The notes beneath the pieces were generated by a model. That model did no database searches and was not told the DNA's origin. It saw nothing but the letters and a program-made list of their open reading frames with translations. The position numbers were made by a program, and so were the translations under genes. A stretch of DNA of 62,217 bases, counting the filler. It is 5 parts of 5 records of this genome, joined end to end, with 100 filler letters (N's around TTAATTAATTAA, not from the genome) between each part and the next. Parts side by side here need not be neighbours in the genome. Positions count along the whole stretch, not along the records: positions 1 to 13,996 come from DRR723986_24372; positions 14,097 to 29,468 come from DRR723986_24388; 3 more parts are not named here. One strand, given 5' to 3'. Shown in pieces: positions 11,861 through 21,761 of this stretch (the stretch's first letter is position 1; the number at the start of each line of letters is the position of its first letter).

Positions 11861-13996
11861 ATGTCTGCTACAGATCCCAATAATTCTCTGTCTTCCGGTT
11901 CGTCAGAAAATGCCGGCATTGAGGCAAGCGGTCCCGGCTATGTTCACCTCCGGGTCCATTCGGCGTTGTCGCTTCTGGAAGGTGCGTTGCCGATCAAGAA
12001 GCTTCTCGACCTCGCCAAGGCCGATGACCAGCCGGCGCTTGCGATTGCCGATACCAACAATCTGTTTGGCGCGCAGGAATTTGCAACCAAAGCGTGGGGA
12101 TCCGGAATTCAGCCGATTGCGGCGTGTCAGCTTTCCGTCTTTTTCGACGATGGACTTGAAAGCGGGCGGAGAGGGGAACCTGCGCTTTCGGACGTTGTTC
12201 TTCTCGCCATGACAGAAGCCGGTTACGGCAATCTGATGGAGCTGAGTTCTCGGGCCTTCCTCGATACGGAAACCGGTTTGAGGCCACACGTTTCCTCCGG
12301 GTATCTTCTATCAAAGTCCGAAGGCGTTATCATTCTGACCGGTGGTGTCGGCGGGCCGATCGGGGCTGCGCTCCTTGCCGGACGCAAGGACCTTGCAAAA
12401 AGCCGGTTGGAAACATTGGCGGACCGTTTTCCCGGTCGTTGCTACCTGGAAATCCAGCGCCATGGCATGGAAGCCGAGCGCAAGACCGAAGACGCGTTTC
12501 TCGATCTGGCCTACGAATACGGGCTGCCACTGGTCGCCACCAACGAAGCCTTCTTTCCCAAGCGCGAAGACTATGAAGCTCATGACGCCCTGATCTGCAT
12601 TTCCGAGGGCAGGGTGCTGATCGAGGATGACCGCAGACGGCTGACACCGGAGCACTACTTCAAAAGCCGCGCGGAAATGTGCGCACTCTTCGCGGATTTG
12701 CCAGAGGCACTTGTCTCAACGGTAGAGATTGCCCGGCGCTGCAGCTTCCGCCCGTTGAAGCGCGCGCCGATCCTGCCCCGGTTTGCTGGTGCGGATGCGG
12801 ATCCGGAAGAAGCGGAGAAGGCAGAAGCGGAAGAGTTGATCCGCCAGGCACGCGAAGGATTGCAGGCGCGCCTTGATGCGCACGGACTGGCACCGGGTCT
12901 TGAGGAGAAGGACTACTGGGACCGTCTCGACTACGAGACCGGCATCATCGAGCGCATGAAGTTTCCCGGGTACTTCCTGATCGTTGCCGACTTCATCAAA
13001 TGGGCGAAAGGGCAGGATATTCCGGTCGGCCCGGGTCGCGGTTCCGGTGCGGGGTCCCTGGTTGCCTGGTCCCTGACCATTACCGACCTCGATCCCATGC
13101 GGTTTTCGCTACTGTTCGAACGCTTCCTCAATCCTGAACGCGTTTCGATGCCTGACTTCGATATCGACTTCTGCCAGACCCGGCGTGAAGAAGTGATCCG
13201 TTATGTTCAGGAAAAATACGGCCGGCAGCAGGTCGCGCAGATCATCACCTTCGGATCGCTTCAGGCCCGCGCCGTGCTGCGCGATGTCGGCCGCGTGCTG
13301 CAAATGCCTTATGGCCAGGTCGACCGGCTCTGCAAACTTGTTCCTGCCAACCCGGCAAATCCTGTAACGCTTGGTCAGGCGATCGAGGAAGAGCCACGCC
13401 TGCGCGAGGCAGCCAAGGAAGAGGAAATCGTCGAGCGGCTGCTGGGCATGGCTCAGAAGCTCGAAGGCCTTTACCGGCACGCTTCCACGCACGCTGCGGG
13501 CGTTGTTATCGGTGACAGGCCCCTGGAACAGCTGGTGCCGCTCTACCGAGACCCGCGTTCCGACATGCCGGTCGCCCAGTTCAACATGAAGATGGTGGAA
13601 GATGCCGGACTTGTTAAGTTCGACTTCCTCGGCCTGAAGACACTGACGGTTATCGATACGGCGGTGAAGCTGATTGAACGGCGCGGTATCGATGTCGACG
13701 TCGCAGCCCTGCCGATCGACGACGAGAAGACCTACAAGCTGCTGGCGCGCGGCGAAACGTTTGGCGTGTTCCAGCTGGAAAGTCAGGGCATGCGCCGCGC
13801 GATTGCAGGCATGAAACCCGACCGGTTCGAAGACATCATTGCCCTTGTGGCTTTGTATCGCCCCGGACCGATGGAGAACATCCCGGTCTACAACGCGGTG
13901 AAGCACGGCGAACAGGATCCGGACTGCCTGCATCCGCTGCTTGAACCCATCCTGATGGAGACGAACGGCATTATCGTCTACCAGGAACAGGTGATG
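11861..13996 (+). CDS. dnaE: DNA polymerase III alpha subunit, 3'-truncated by the gap
   Basis: PHP domain HLRVHS, GPGRGSGAGS, PDFDIDF and HASTHAAG motifs; start could be 11849. Confidence 0.97.
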
Positions 13997-14096
13997 NNNN
14001 NNNNNNNNNNNNNNNNNNNNNNNNNNNNNNNNNNNNNNNNTTAATTAATTAANNNNNNNNNNNNNNNNNNNNNNNNNNNNNNNNNNNNNNNNNNNN
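13997..14096. other. Artificial contig linker
   Basis: N-run with TTAATTAATTAA; composition changes across it. Confidence 0.98.
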
Positions 14097-14525
14097 CACG
14101 ACGAAAGCTACGATTTCCGGATTATCGTTGAGCCCGCATCCATTCTAAGCCCGGGGTTCAGATTCGACCCGGCCAAGGCAGTAATTCTGCGCAATCGTCA
14201 CGAACAAGTTTTAAGCCAAAAGAAAACACCCAATCTGGGTGAAATCATCCGGCTTGACGAGGATTTCCATGAGTTCATAGCGCAATGTTCGGCCAATCGA
14301 TTCGTGACTCAGGTCGTTGCGCATCAAAACCGCCTACGGCGCTTGATGGAGTATCAATCACTGATTGATACAGGGCGGCTGACAGGATCATGCATGGAGC
14401 ATGTCGAGATACTGAACTTGCTTGGTGCCGGAGACCGCGAGAAGGCAGCGGTAGCCATGAGGGAACATCTCCAAAAAGCCAAGGATTCCGGTCCTGACTT
14501 TAGTCAACGAAAAGCTCAAATGTGA
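14097..14525 (+). CDS. GntR-family regulator, C-terminal FCD domain, 5'-truncated
   Basis: Open from the contig edge: YDFRIIVEP, DEDFHEFIAQCSANRF, EHVEIL and MREHL motifs. Confidence 0.8.
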   Translation, partial: HDESYDFRIIVEPASILSPGFRFDPAKAVILRNRHEQVLSQKKTPNLGEIIRLDEDFHEFIAQCSANRFVTQVVAHQNRLRRLMEYQSLIDTGRLTGSCMEHVEILNLLGAGDREKAAVAMREHLQKAKDSGPDFSQRKAQM

Positions 14526-14674
14526 GCGAATAGCCGATCTTCAATTTAGTAAGACCAAGGACGGCTTGGCCAGTCCCTTCGAATGGCGATGTCAGCATTG
14601 TGCGCTTTGCCGTCACTTATATCCAGCGCAGCATCTGACAATAAGGGCTCAAAACGGGATTTCGCTGCGTTGTC

Positions 14675-14798
14675 CATGAAAGTCTGCTGTCATGGCTATG
14701 CAAGCTTTTATCATAAAGCTTGCATCAATTTAAAAGCTGACATTCCAGCTGGAACAAGTAAGTCGCAAAAGCGCCTTGCATGCTTTCATGTTTACATG
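14675..14798. repeat. 8-bp-phased CATG array with inverted repeat, putative centromere
   Basis: CATG at 14675, 14691, 14779, 14787 and 14795 (all in 8-bp phase); ATGCAAGCTTT-N6-AAAGCTTGCAT at 14698-14725. Confidence 0.5.
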
Positions 14799-15706
14799 AG
14801 GCGAAGTTGCCTTGCTGCGGGCTTGTGCTCGATCACTTTCATGACGGTTCGCTCTTTCTTGAGCCCCTTCGACGTCATTGATTGCCGTTCTCGCACTTCA
14901 CAGATCAAATAGTCATTCTTCCCAAACGAGATTTCATCGTTGGCGATCTTATTAAGGAAATCGACATCTTCGATATCTGCTGTGAAGGGCTCGGCTCCAT
15001 CTGTGAGGCGCCACTTGTTGTCTTCTTTGAAGCTCAGAGAGATGATCTGAAGAGTCATTTTCCGGGTTTCATCTTCGATCTCTTCTTCTTCATTCTCTGG
15101 CACATCGAAAGATGGAATATCGCTCTTTTCTAAGACAAGCTCTTCGCCCCCTGGTTGGCGTGCCGAGATGCTCTCGATTCCCTCTTTTTCAAGGCTCGCG
15201 ACCATCTTTCGCGCATGACTCCGCACATTGGCACTCTCTGCGAGTTTTATCGTTTGTGGATTGGTGATGAAATACGTGTCACCGATGTGAACAATGACAT
15301 CTCCACCTTTTTCTTCAATCCGATCGGGCTTGCGTCCCTTCATCCATTTGAGCAAAGCAAGCAGACCACCACCAGCAACAGTAACACCGCCAACGGCCGC
15401 ACCGCCGATCTTGAAGACGAGATCGGCAAGCCCATTTGCAGCCGCGATTTCGTCTTTGTGGGCTTGTGCGTAGGTGAATATGGATTCGATGATCTCTTGC
15501 CAGAGCGTGAGATCGACCTCAAAACAGGCGACAGCCGTTGCCCGGACTTTTACGGCCACCTTGGCTTTGTCGCCGTTGACGACTTCATTCGCAGATTGCA
15601 GGAGCTCACCGACCGCCAACAACGCAGGCGCAAAATCCTGAACATCTATTTGGCCGTTTTCGACCGCATTGCCCCGAAATATGAGGCTAAAATTTGCTTC
15701 TGACAT
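14792..15706 (-). CDS. Hypothetical protein, 304 aa, third gene of the par cassette
   Basis: Long ORF with protein-like composition, co-oriented and starting 23 nt after the par partner stop. Confidence 0.8.
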   Translation of the reverse strand: MSEANFSLIFRGNAVENGQIDVQDFAPALLAVGELLQSANEVVNGDKAKVAVKVRATAVACFEVDLTLWQEIIESIFTYAQAHKDEIAAANGLADLVFKIGGAAVGGVTVAGGGLLALLKWMKGRKPDRIEEKGGDVIVHIGDTYFITNPQTIKLAESANVRSHARKMVASLEKEGIESISARQPGGEELVLEKSDIPSFDVPENEEEEIEDETRKMTLQIISLSFKEDNKWRLTDGAEPFTADIEDVDFLNKIANDEISFGKNDYLICEVRERQSMTSKGLKKERTVMKVIEHKPAARQLRLM

Positions 15707-15722
15707 GGGAAAAACCTAGTTG

Positions 15723-15742
15723 CATGCAATCATGATTGCATG
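15723..15742. repeat. Perfect 20-bp palindrome of three phased CATG boxes
   Basis: CATGCAATCATGATTGCATG overlapping the stop codon of the par partner gene. Confidence 0.75.
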
Positions 15743-15984
15743 TTTTGCGCTTTGTAGGCTTCCCACATTTTCAGGAAGAGTTTCTTCTTTGCACCATGGC
15801 TGAAGCCATACTCCCTGCCCGCTTGTTCGCTGAATTCTTCGAACACGGTGACAGGCACGCGTACTTGAATCGGCTTCAGAGGCTCCTTCTCGCCGCGTGT
15901 GTCTTCGGTGATTACATCGGGCGCGGTATCGGCCGCAGGCGGCGCGCCCTTGGTGCTTTTGAGCTTTGCAATATTCGTGGCCAT
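15730..15984 (-). CDS. Small ParA partner, ParG-like ribbon-helix-helix centromere-binding protein
   Basis: 84 aa; flexible N-terminus then IQVRVP strand and helices; coupled to parA by TAATG. Confidence 0.7.
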   Translation of the reverse strand: MATNIAKLKSTKGAPPAADTAPDVITEDTRGEKEPLKPIQVRVPVTVFEEFSEQAGREYGFSHGAKKKLFLKMWEAYKAQNMQS

Positions 15985-16637
15985 TACGCGACCTGCCTTT
16001 CTTGAAGTTCTGCCATCTTGTCGATCACGCTTTGCGCCAGCTTGGACGCGCGTTCGTTCAAGGTGCGGAACGAGGTTTCGGTAATGGCCTTGCCTGCGTC
16101 AGAGGCCGACCCGTAGGCCGTAGAGACCCCTACTTCGCCGTCAAGCACTAGATAGCCCGCTTCGGTGAGATACTGCCTTGCGGCGGCATTCTCGCGCTCG
16201 CTACCCGTAGTCTTGAACATGGCAAAGGCGATCTTCTCAGGCGAAACCCCCTTCTTGCGCAATGCATGCGCCAGGACGACGCCAGGATGCAGATCGTCAA
16301 CGGTTTGCCCTGTTGGGATCACGACAAGATCGGCCGCTGCTGCTATCTCAGCGGTTTGATCCGAGGCGTTCGGCTTGCCATCGAGGATCAACGCATCGAA
16401 GCGCGGGGCTTCGGCAAGCGCGGTCTTAACCGTGGCGAAGCTCTGCACCTGAAGTTCAGGCGTGACGCCGCCTTCGGCGCGCCGTCCTGCCCAATGGGTG
16501 CAAGTTTGCTGTTGTGTGTCGAGGTCTGCGATCTTGGTGGTGAGTCCACCGGCCACGAATTCTCGCGCCATCATGCGGGCGAGGGTGGATTTTCCCACGC
16601 CGCCCTTTTGGGACACCATCCCGATAATGTAGGTCAT
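15984..16637 (-). CDS. parA: Type Ib partition ATPase (short ParA/ParF)
   Basis: SQKGGVGKST deviant Walker A, ADLD and ILDG motifs; 217 aa with no N-terminal HTH. Confidence 0.92.
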   Translation of the reverse strand: MTYIIGMVSQKGGVGKSTLARMMAREFVAGGLTTKIADLDTQQQTCTHWAGRRAEGGVTPELQVQSFATVKTALAEAPRFDALILDGKPNASDQTAEIAAAADLVVIPTGQTVDDLHPGVVLAHALRKKGVSPEKIAFAMFKTTGSERENAAARQYLTEAGYLVLDGEVGVSTAYGSASDAGKAITETSFRTLNERASKLAQSVIDKMAELQERQVA

Positions 16638-16674
16638 ATCTGCTGCTCCGATCTGCCAAATCGTTATTTTTTAT

Positions 16675-16753
16675 CATGCTAGCACGCTTGCCCGCATCGC
16701 GCCAAGCATGTTTGGGGCTTTTCCACAAAGGCGCATTGCATGCAAACATGCTT
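16675..16753. promoter_or_regulatory. Putative par operator/centromere upstream of parA
   Basis: CATG/CACG at 16675, 16683, 16707, 16739 and 16747 in 8-bp phase; 11-bp inverted repeat 16704-16714 / 16743-16753. Confidence 0.55.
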
Positions 16754-17801
16754 AGCGCTTGTACGCGCCGCGCTTCTTGCAAAAGGCGAGGAAGTGCTTG
16801 TCGGGGTCTTTGACGGAGATCGCCTTTTCCAGCACCCACGCGCGCCATTCGTCTTCGAGGTGGTGCATGTCCCACCCAGGGGCGAGGCGGCGGGCATCTT
16901 CATGCGTGCCGGGCGCAAGGCGCAAGGACGAGAGCGGCAAGGGCAGGGCGCTCTGGTACGTTTCCTTCTTCGGCCGGACGATCACAACGTCTTCCTCGAT
17001 CAAGAAAGTATAGTCGGGCATGTGATCGTGCTGACCATCATCGTCGATGATCTTTCCGAGCAAGCGGCGAAATTCCTTCACTGTCGAGCTGGAACCGCAT
17101 TTGTCGCGCAGGAGCTCAAGGCCGATCTTCCACACGGGTTGCGCCCCACAGTGTTTGCGCGCGATCTCATAGAGGCGGCGCTCAAGGGGCTTTCGAAGGA
17201 AAAAATACTGCCTGTTCAGGGTCAGAACATTGTTGTTCTCGATCGCATCGAACACCCAATCGGCAAGCGTGATCTCGACATCGAGCATGCGCCCGTCGCG
17301 TGTCTCACGGACGATTTCAAAGGCGCTGATGAGCCCGAAGGCGCTCAAGTGCTCCTTACCCCCTTGGCGGATGCTCGTCTCGATCTCGGTGCCTTTCAGG
17401 CGGCGCAGAGCATCGCGTAGGAGCTCATAGCCGCGCCCCGAGGTTTGACGGTTGGTCGCAACCAGCAAGTCATGCGCTTTGAAGCGCACATGGCGGCTGA
17501 CCTTTCGGCCTTCATTGAGCGCGCCAATGCATTGGCTGATGCAGTAGATCAGAATGTCCCGATCGTGCACGGTTGCGAGCCCCTGGCGGGACGGGGCGAT
17601 CTGAATCCAATTTTCACCACGCTCATAGCGACGGGTGCGCATGTCTGGCTTGGTCGAAAGGGAGAATACAGGATGTTCCATCGAAGCCATGTCAGCCTTT
17701 GGCACCGCGTCCACGATGTCACAGACGAACAGATCGCGCTGCGGATGCCGGTCCGGCAGGAGCGGCGAGCGGGCAGGAAGCGCAGCGCTTTCATTCGTCA
17801 T
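16752..17801 (-). CDS. repA: Plasmid replication initiator, RPA (RepA) family
   Basis: LLPDRHPQ, KADMASMEHPVFSLSTKPD, GLATVHDRDILIYCISQ and ERRLYEIARKHCG motifs; iterons upstream. Confidence 0.9.
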   Translation of the reverse strand: MTNESAALPARSPLLPDRHPQRDLFVCDIVDAVPKADMASMEHPVFSLSTKPDMRTRRYERGENWIQIAPSRQGLATVHDRDILIYCISQCIGALNEGRKVSRHVRFKAHDLLVATNRQTSGRGYELLRDALRRLKGTEIETSIRQGGKEHLSAFGLISAFEIVRETRDGRMLDVEITLADWVFDAIENNNVLTLNRQYFFLRKPLERRLYEIARKHCGAQPVWKIGLELLRDKCGSSSTVKEFRRLLGKIIDDDGQHDHMPDYTFLIEEDVVIVRPKKETYQSALPLPLSSLRLAPGTHEDARRLAPGWDMHHLEDEWRAWVLEKAISVKDPDKHFLAFCKKRGAYKR

Positions 17802-17994
17802 TTCACACACCAGAATTTTGTTAGAGGTTTGTCACTTCACACACCTTGCGTTACTATCGTCATTTCACACACCGATCGTCAAGATTCGTCATTTCACACA
17901 CCGTCTCAGCCTGTGGATAACTTTGCAAGCTCTTCGTCACTTCACACACCTAGATTCGTCATTTCACACACCACCTTTCGTCATTTCACACACC
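17795..17994. repeat. Seven 17-bp iterons (oriV)
   Basis: T(C/T)GTCA(T/C)TTCACACACC at 17795, 17829, 17857, 17886, 17934, 17956 and 17978; the last three at 22-bp spacing. Confidence 0.92.
17912..17920 (-). promoter_or_regulatory. DnaA box within oriV
   Basis: TGTGGATAA, i.e. a perfect TTATCCACA on the minus strand, between iterons 4 and 5. Confidence 0.85.
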
Positions 17995-18058
17995 GATTTC
18001 GGAAAATCAGTCAGATTAAACGTGGTTTTTCAAACGGTTATCGACCGTGCGAAATCCT

Positions 18059-18088
18059 GTAACTCTATATTAACTCTATATAACTCTC
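18059..18088. repeat. AT-rich repeats, probable DNA unwinding element
   Basis: TAACTCT three times, the first two followed by ATAT, next to the iteron array. Confidence 0.6.
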
Positions 18089-19931
18089 AATTCAGCGGAT
18101 TCTGATCAAACCGTCCACGGTAAGTCTTACTCTTGAAATACAGATTCTGCTTTGCCTTGAGCGGGCTGCGGTTGCCCACCAACAGCAGCAGATCATCCGC
18201 CTTCATGCCCGTGATCTGCTCAGCCGTCATGAGCTTCTGTCGCTGCTCCGAGTAGGAAAAGTCCCGGCCCTCGTTCGGGGCCTTGCCCTCTCGAATTTGC
18301 TGAGAATAGACAGTGCTTTCCCCGAGGTGGCGGGCAGCCCATTCGGCAGTTTCGATGTCGTTGAGGTTGAAGACGCGCTTGGTGATACAGGAGCCGAAGA
18401 TCGAGCGGGCATCGTTTGGCCCATAGGCCTTTTCAACCTGACCCGTGTCTTGTGTGACGAACATCGCTTCGACACCGGCCCCTGCAGCGACGTTGGCGAT
18501 GTTCATAATCTGCTCCATGCGGCCCATCCGCACGAATTCGTCGAGAACGAGGAGGATCGGGGCCTTGACCTTGCGCCGCCCGTCCTGACGCACGACGGTG
18601 CCCAGGACCAGGTTGATAAACAGGCGCATGAAGATCGCTTGCTTGTCCACCTGGTCGAGAGGCACCGCGATGAAGAGATCGACCCGATCATCGAGAAGAT
18701 CATCCATGCGGAAGCTGGACCCGGCCAGGAAGTGGCGCATGTTGTCGGACTGCATCCACTCAAAAGCTTTCGAGACCGCTGTCTGAATCGACCCGCGTTC
18801 TCTGTCTCCCGCGCGCAGAATGGTGGCGGCGGTCTGGGCCGGGCGGTGGCCGACAAGGTCGCCATTTTCAGCCCAGGCCTCAAGCGTGCCGTCGAGGTTT
18901 GCAGACAGAAGCAGATCGGCGACGGCGATCAGATTGCGCCGGTTGGGTTCCTCCTGGGTCACGATCACTTCTATCGCCGCCGCGACCAGCTGGCGGGCCA
19001 TTTCCGAAAAATGCGCGCCGTCTCCCTGTTCGGGTTTGACCAGGCCGTCCGCAACCAGGGCCACGTCTCGCGCCAGCTCGTGGGGCCGGATGTAGTCGAG
19101 CGGGTTGAATTGATCCTGTCCATCCTCGACGAGGCCGAAGGGGTTGAGGACTGCCACCTTGCGTCCGAGCTCTTCGCGGTGGCGGCGCGTAACGGCGAAA
19201 TTCTCGCCCTTGATGTCTAGGACGACGACCGGCCCCTGGTGATCGAGGATCGCCGGGATCACGGCGCTGACGCCCTTGCCGCCGCGTGTGCCGGAGACGA
19301 CAAGGTGATGCCCGCCGCGCCAGCCCTTCGCATCGTTCTTGACGTAGCGCAGGAGCTTGCCCTTGTGCAGGGCGAGGGGAAGCCCGGTTTTGTTGCGCAC
19401 AAGCTGGGCAATGTCGCGCGGGTCCATCCATCCCGCTTGCCACGGGCCAGTGCGCGATTTGCGGTTGCGGCCAATGCGTGGATTGAAGATCGCCACCAGC
19501 GGGGTGCTGACGGCGACAGCCACGCCACAGGCCCCGAGCGCAAAGGAGATCGCCATGGCCTGTTTCTGAGGATCAGAATACCGCGCCAGCCCCTTGAGTC
19601 CTTCCCAAATGGCACGGGGGAGGGGCCAGCCAGCGCCCGTCCATGCCTGGACAGTCGCCAGTATGTCGCTGAGCGGCCCTCTAAGGGGCGTCAGGGCTGT
19701 GAGGGTGGCAACACACAGGCAGACCCATGCGAGGATCTTCAAGGGCGTCCTGTGACGCTCTGCGGTGGTCCCGAGGGTGTCGAGGATGGTGGCCACGGCG
19801 ATGATCGGGAAGGCATAGGTGGTCACCGGGTAGATCGCGACCGCTTGCGGGGCGAGGATCAGGGCGGCAGCGGCCAGGATTACAGCGCTGATCATGATCA
19901 CCCAGTGGCGGGCTTCCAAAACAAAACTCAT
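18087..19931 (-). CDS. virD4: Type IV coupling protein (VirD4/TraG family)
   Basis: N-terminal TM helices; GTRGGKG Walker A, LDIKGEN, FNPLD, LVLDEF Walker B and TQD motifs. Confidence 0.9.
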   Translation of the reverse strand: MSFVLEARHWVIMISAVILAAAALILAPQAVAIYPVTTYAFPIIAVATILDTLGTTAERHRTPLKILAWVCLCVATLTALTPLRGPLSDILATVQAWTGAGWPLPRAIWEGLKGLARYSDPQKQAMAISFALGACGVAVAVSTPLVAIFNPRIGRNRKSRTGPWQAGWMDPRDIAQLVRNKTGLPLALHKGKLLRYVKNDAKGWRGGHHLVVSGTRGGKGVSAVIPAILDHQGPVVVLDIKGENFAVTRRHREELGRKVAVLNPFGLVEDGQDQFNPLDYIRPHELARDVALVADGLVKPEQGDGAHFSEMARQLVAAAIEVIVTQEEPNRRNLIAVADLLLSANLDGTLEAWAENGDLVGHRPAQTAATILRAGDRERGSIQTAVSKAFEWMQSDNMRHFLAGSSFRMDDLLDDRVDLFIAVPLDQVDKQAIFMRLFINLVLGTVVRQDGRRKVKAPILLVLDEFVRMGRMEQIMNIANVAAGAGVEAMFVTQDTGQVEKAYGPNDARSIFGSCITKRVFNLNDIETAEWAARHLGESTVYSQQIREGKAPNEGRDFSYSEQRQKLMTAEQITGMKADDLLLLVGNRSPLKAKQNLYFKSKTYRGRFDQNPLN

Positions 19932-20215
19932 GACCGGTCCTCGTCGCTATCGGGAAACAGAACCTGCAAGAGTCCACGGTCGCGATCCCGCTGGGTGAGG
20001 CGGTCTGGCAGGTCGCGCCGCACGATGCTCTGAAGAGCAGGTTCGGCGCTCAAACGGTCGAAGACCAAAGTGCCCAGGAGCCATTTGAGGCGGTCTTCGT
20101 CTTTCTTCTCAGACAGACGCCGCCGGGCATCGAGCGCTGCGATTTGAGCGTCGAGCTGAGCTTTCTTCTCAGCCAGTTCTTTGATCCGGGCGTCGGTCGG
20201 GCGGCTTTGGGACAT
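19928..20215 (-). CDS. Mobilization accessory protein (MobC/TraC-like)
   Basis: 95-aa coiled coil with RLKWLLG; divergent from the relaxase across oriT; ATGA overlap with the coupling protein. Confidence 0.7.
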   Translation of the reverse strand: MSQSRPTDARIKELAEKKAQLDAQIAALDARRRLSEKKDEDRLKWLLGTLVFDRLSAEPALQSIVRRDLPDRLTQRDRDRGLLQVLFPDSDEDRS

Positions 20216-20277
20216 GGGGAAACCTCGGGCATAATCGGGGCGAATGTAGTGGCGGATTGATAGGTTGAAAAGATTTA

Positions 20278-20309
20278 AATGCGCGCTTATACATTGTCTT
20301 CGACAAAGT
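20278..20309 (-). other. Putative MOBQ oriT
   Basis: Minus strand TTGTC-gaa-GACAA hairpin followed by TGTATAAGCGCGCAT, resembling the MOBQ nic core TAAGTGCGCCCT. Confidence 0.65.
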
Positions 20310-20451
20310 GCGCGTCCTCATGGGGGTAAACCCCCGCGCCGGACGGCTTCCCCCCAAGGCGGCGATGCCGCCTGAACGAGGGTTTCACCCTCGCGCTCCC
20401 GACCAGCGCAACCAGGCGCTGGACCCTGTTTTAAAGAGAGGCGCTCGATCC

Positions 20452-21735
20452 GTGGCGATCTATCATCTCAGTGCGAAAGTGATCAGCCGGGCAGGGGGCC
20501 GGTCATCGGTCGCAGCCGCCGCCTACCGGACGGCTGGGCGGCTGCGGGATGACCGGCAGGGGTTGGAGCATGACTACAGCCGCAAGGGCGGAGTTGTGCA
20601 TTCCGAGATCATGGCCCCCGAAAATGCGCCCGACTGGATGCGCGATCGCGACCAGCTCTGGAACGCGGTCGAAGCCGTCGAGAAGCGGCGCGATGCCCAA
20701 CTTGCTCGCGAGATCGAAGTGGCGCTGCCGCGTGAGCTTGATCGGGGCGAGAGGTTGGAGCTGTTGCGCGGATTCGTGCAGCGAGAATTTGTCGATCGCG
20801 GCATGATCGCGGACGTGGCCGTTCACGAGGGCAAGGCCCGTGATGGCCACGGTCAGCCCCATGCACATGTCATGCTGACCATGCGCGAGCTGACCGGCGA
20901 GGGGTTCGGGAAGAAGGATCGCAGCTGGAATGCGCCGGACCTGCTGATGGGCTGGCGCGAAGCCTGGGCGCGGGACGCGAACACGGCCCTTGAGCGGGCA
21001 GGGCGGTCGGAGCGGATCGACCACCGGTCCCTCGATGTTCAGCGCGCCGAAGCCGAGCAACAGGTCGAGCGGGCGCGCGGGGGCGGGCAGGAAGAGCTCG
21101 CGCTTGAGCACGAGAAAAAGGTGGTCGAGCTCAGTCGCGAGCCCGAGCCGAAAATCGGGCCATCGGCCAATGCTCAGGAAAAGCGCGGGATCGTCACGGA
21201 GCGCGGCGAGGCTTTCCGCGCGGCGCAGGCGCGCAATGCACAGCGCCAGGAGCTGGGCTGGCGGCAGTTGGAATTGCGGCTTGAGCTGATGGAGCGGGGG
21301 CGCGCCTTCATTGCCACCGCGCGCGAGCGGCTGGATCAGCTTTGGGGCCGCGCTGAAGCGGCGATGTCACGGATCAAGGAGAGGGTTATGGGCGAGGTCG
21401 AGAGGCCACAGGCAGGTGCTGAGCGGGGCGATATTGATGCGCGCCGGGCGGCGGTGTTGGGGCGCGATGTTGATCGACCCGAGGTGCAAGCGCCGGATGT
21501 CGGGCGGGAGAGGGTTGCGCCCGACGATCCAGACCGGGAGCGTCGGGACGCCATCCTTGGGCGTGTGCGCGATATCGGACAGGAGCGGGATGCAGCGGCG
21601 GTAGAACGGGACATTGCCGCCCGCGACGGCGAGGGCCGTGACCAAGGGCGGCGGGATGACATTCTCGGGCGGGGGCGTGATACTGCGTCCGATCCCGGGA
21701 AGGGCCGCGATCGCGACAGAGATAGAGAACGGTGA
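20452..21735 (+). CDS. mobA: MobA/MobL (MOBQ) relaxase
   Basis: GTG start MAIYHLSAKVISR; AAAAYR, LWNAVE, AREIEVALP, VHE..QPHAH and RIDHRS motifs. Confidence 0.93.
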   Translation: MAIYHLSAKVISRAGGRSSVAAAAYRTAGRLRDDRQGLEHDYSRKGGVVHSEIMAPENAPDWMRDRDQLWNAVEAVEKRRDAQLAREIEVALPRELDRGERLELLRGFVQREFVDRGMIADVAVHEGKARDGHGQPHAHVMLTMRELTGEGFGKKDRSWNAPDLLMGWREAWARDANTALERAGRSERIDHRSLDVQRAEAEQQVERARGGGQEELALEHEKKVVELSREPEPKIGPSANAQEKRGIVTERGEAFRAAQARNAQRQELGWRQLELRLELMERGRAFIATARERLDQLWGRAEAAMSRIKERVMGEVERPQAGAERGDIDARRAAVLGRDVDRPEVQAPDVGRERVAPDDPDRERRDAILGRVRDIGQERDAAAVERDIAARDGEGRDQGRRDDILGRGRDTASDPGKGRDRDRDRER

Positions 21736-21761
21736 AAGACATTAGCAGAGAGGTGGCCAAG

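Noticed and set aside
17795-17994. Direct repeats read as a mini CRISPR array
   Set aside because: Repeats are 17 bp with irregular 5-31 nt gaps, contain a DnaA box, lie upstream of repA and have no cas genes nearby; they are iterons.
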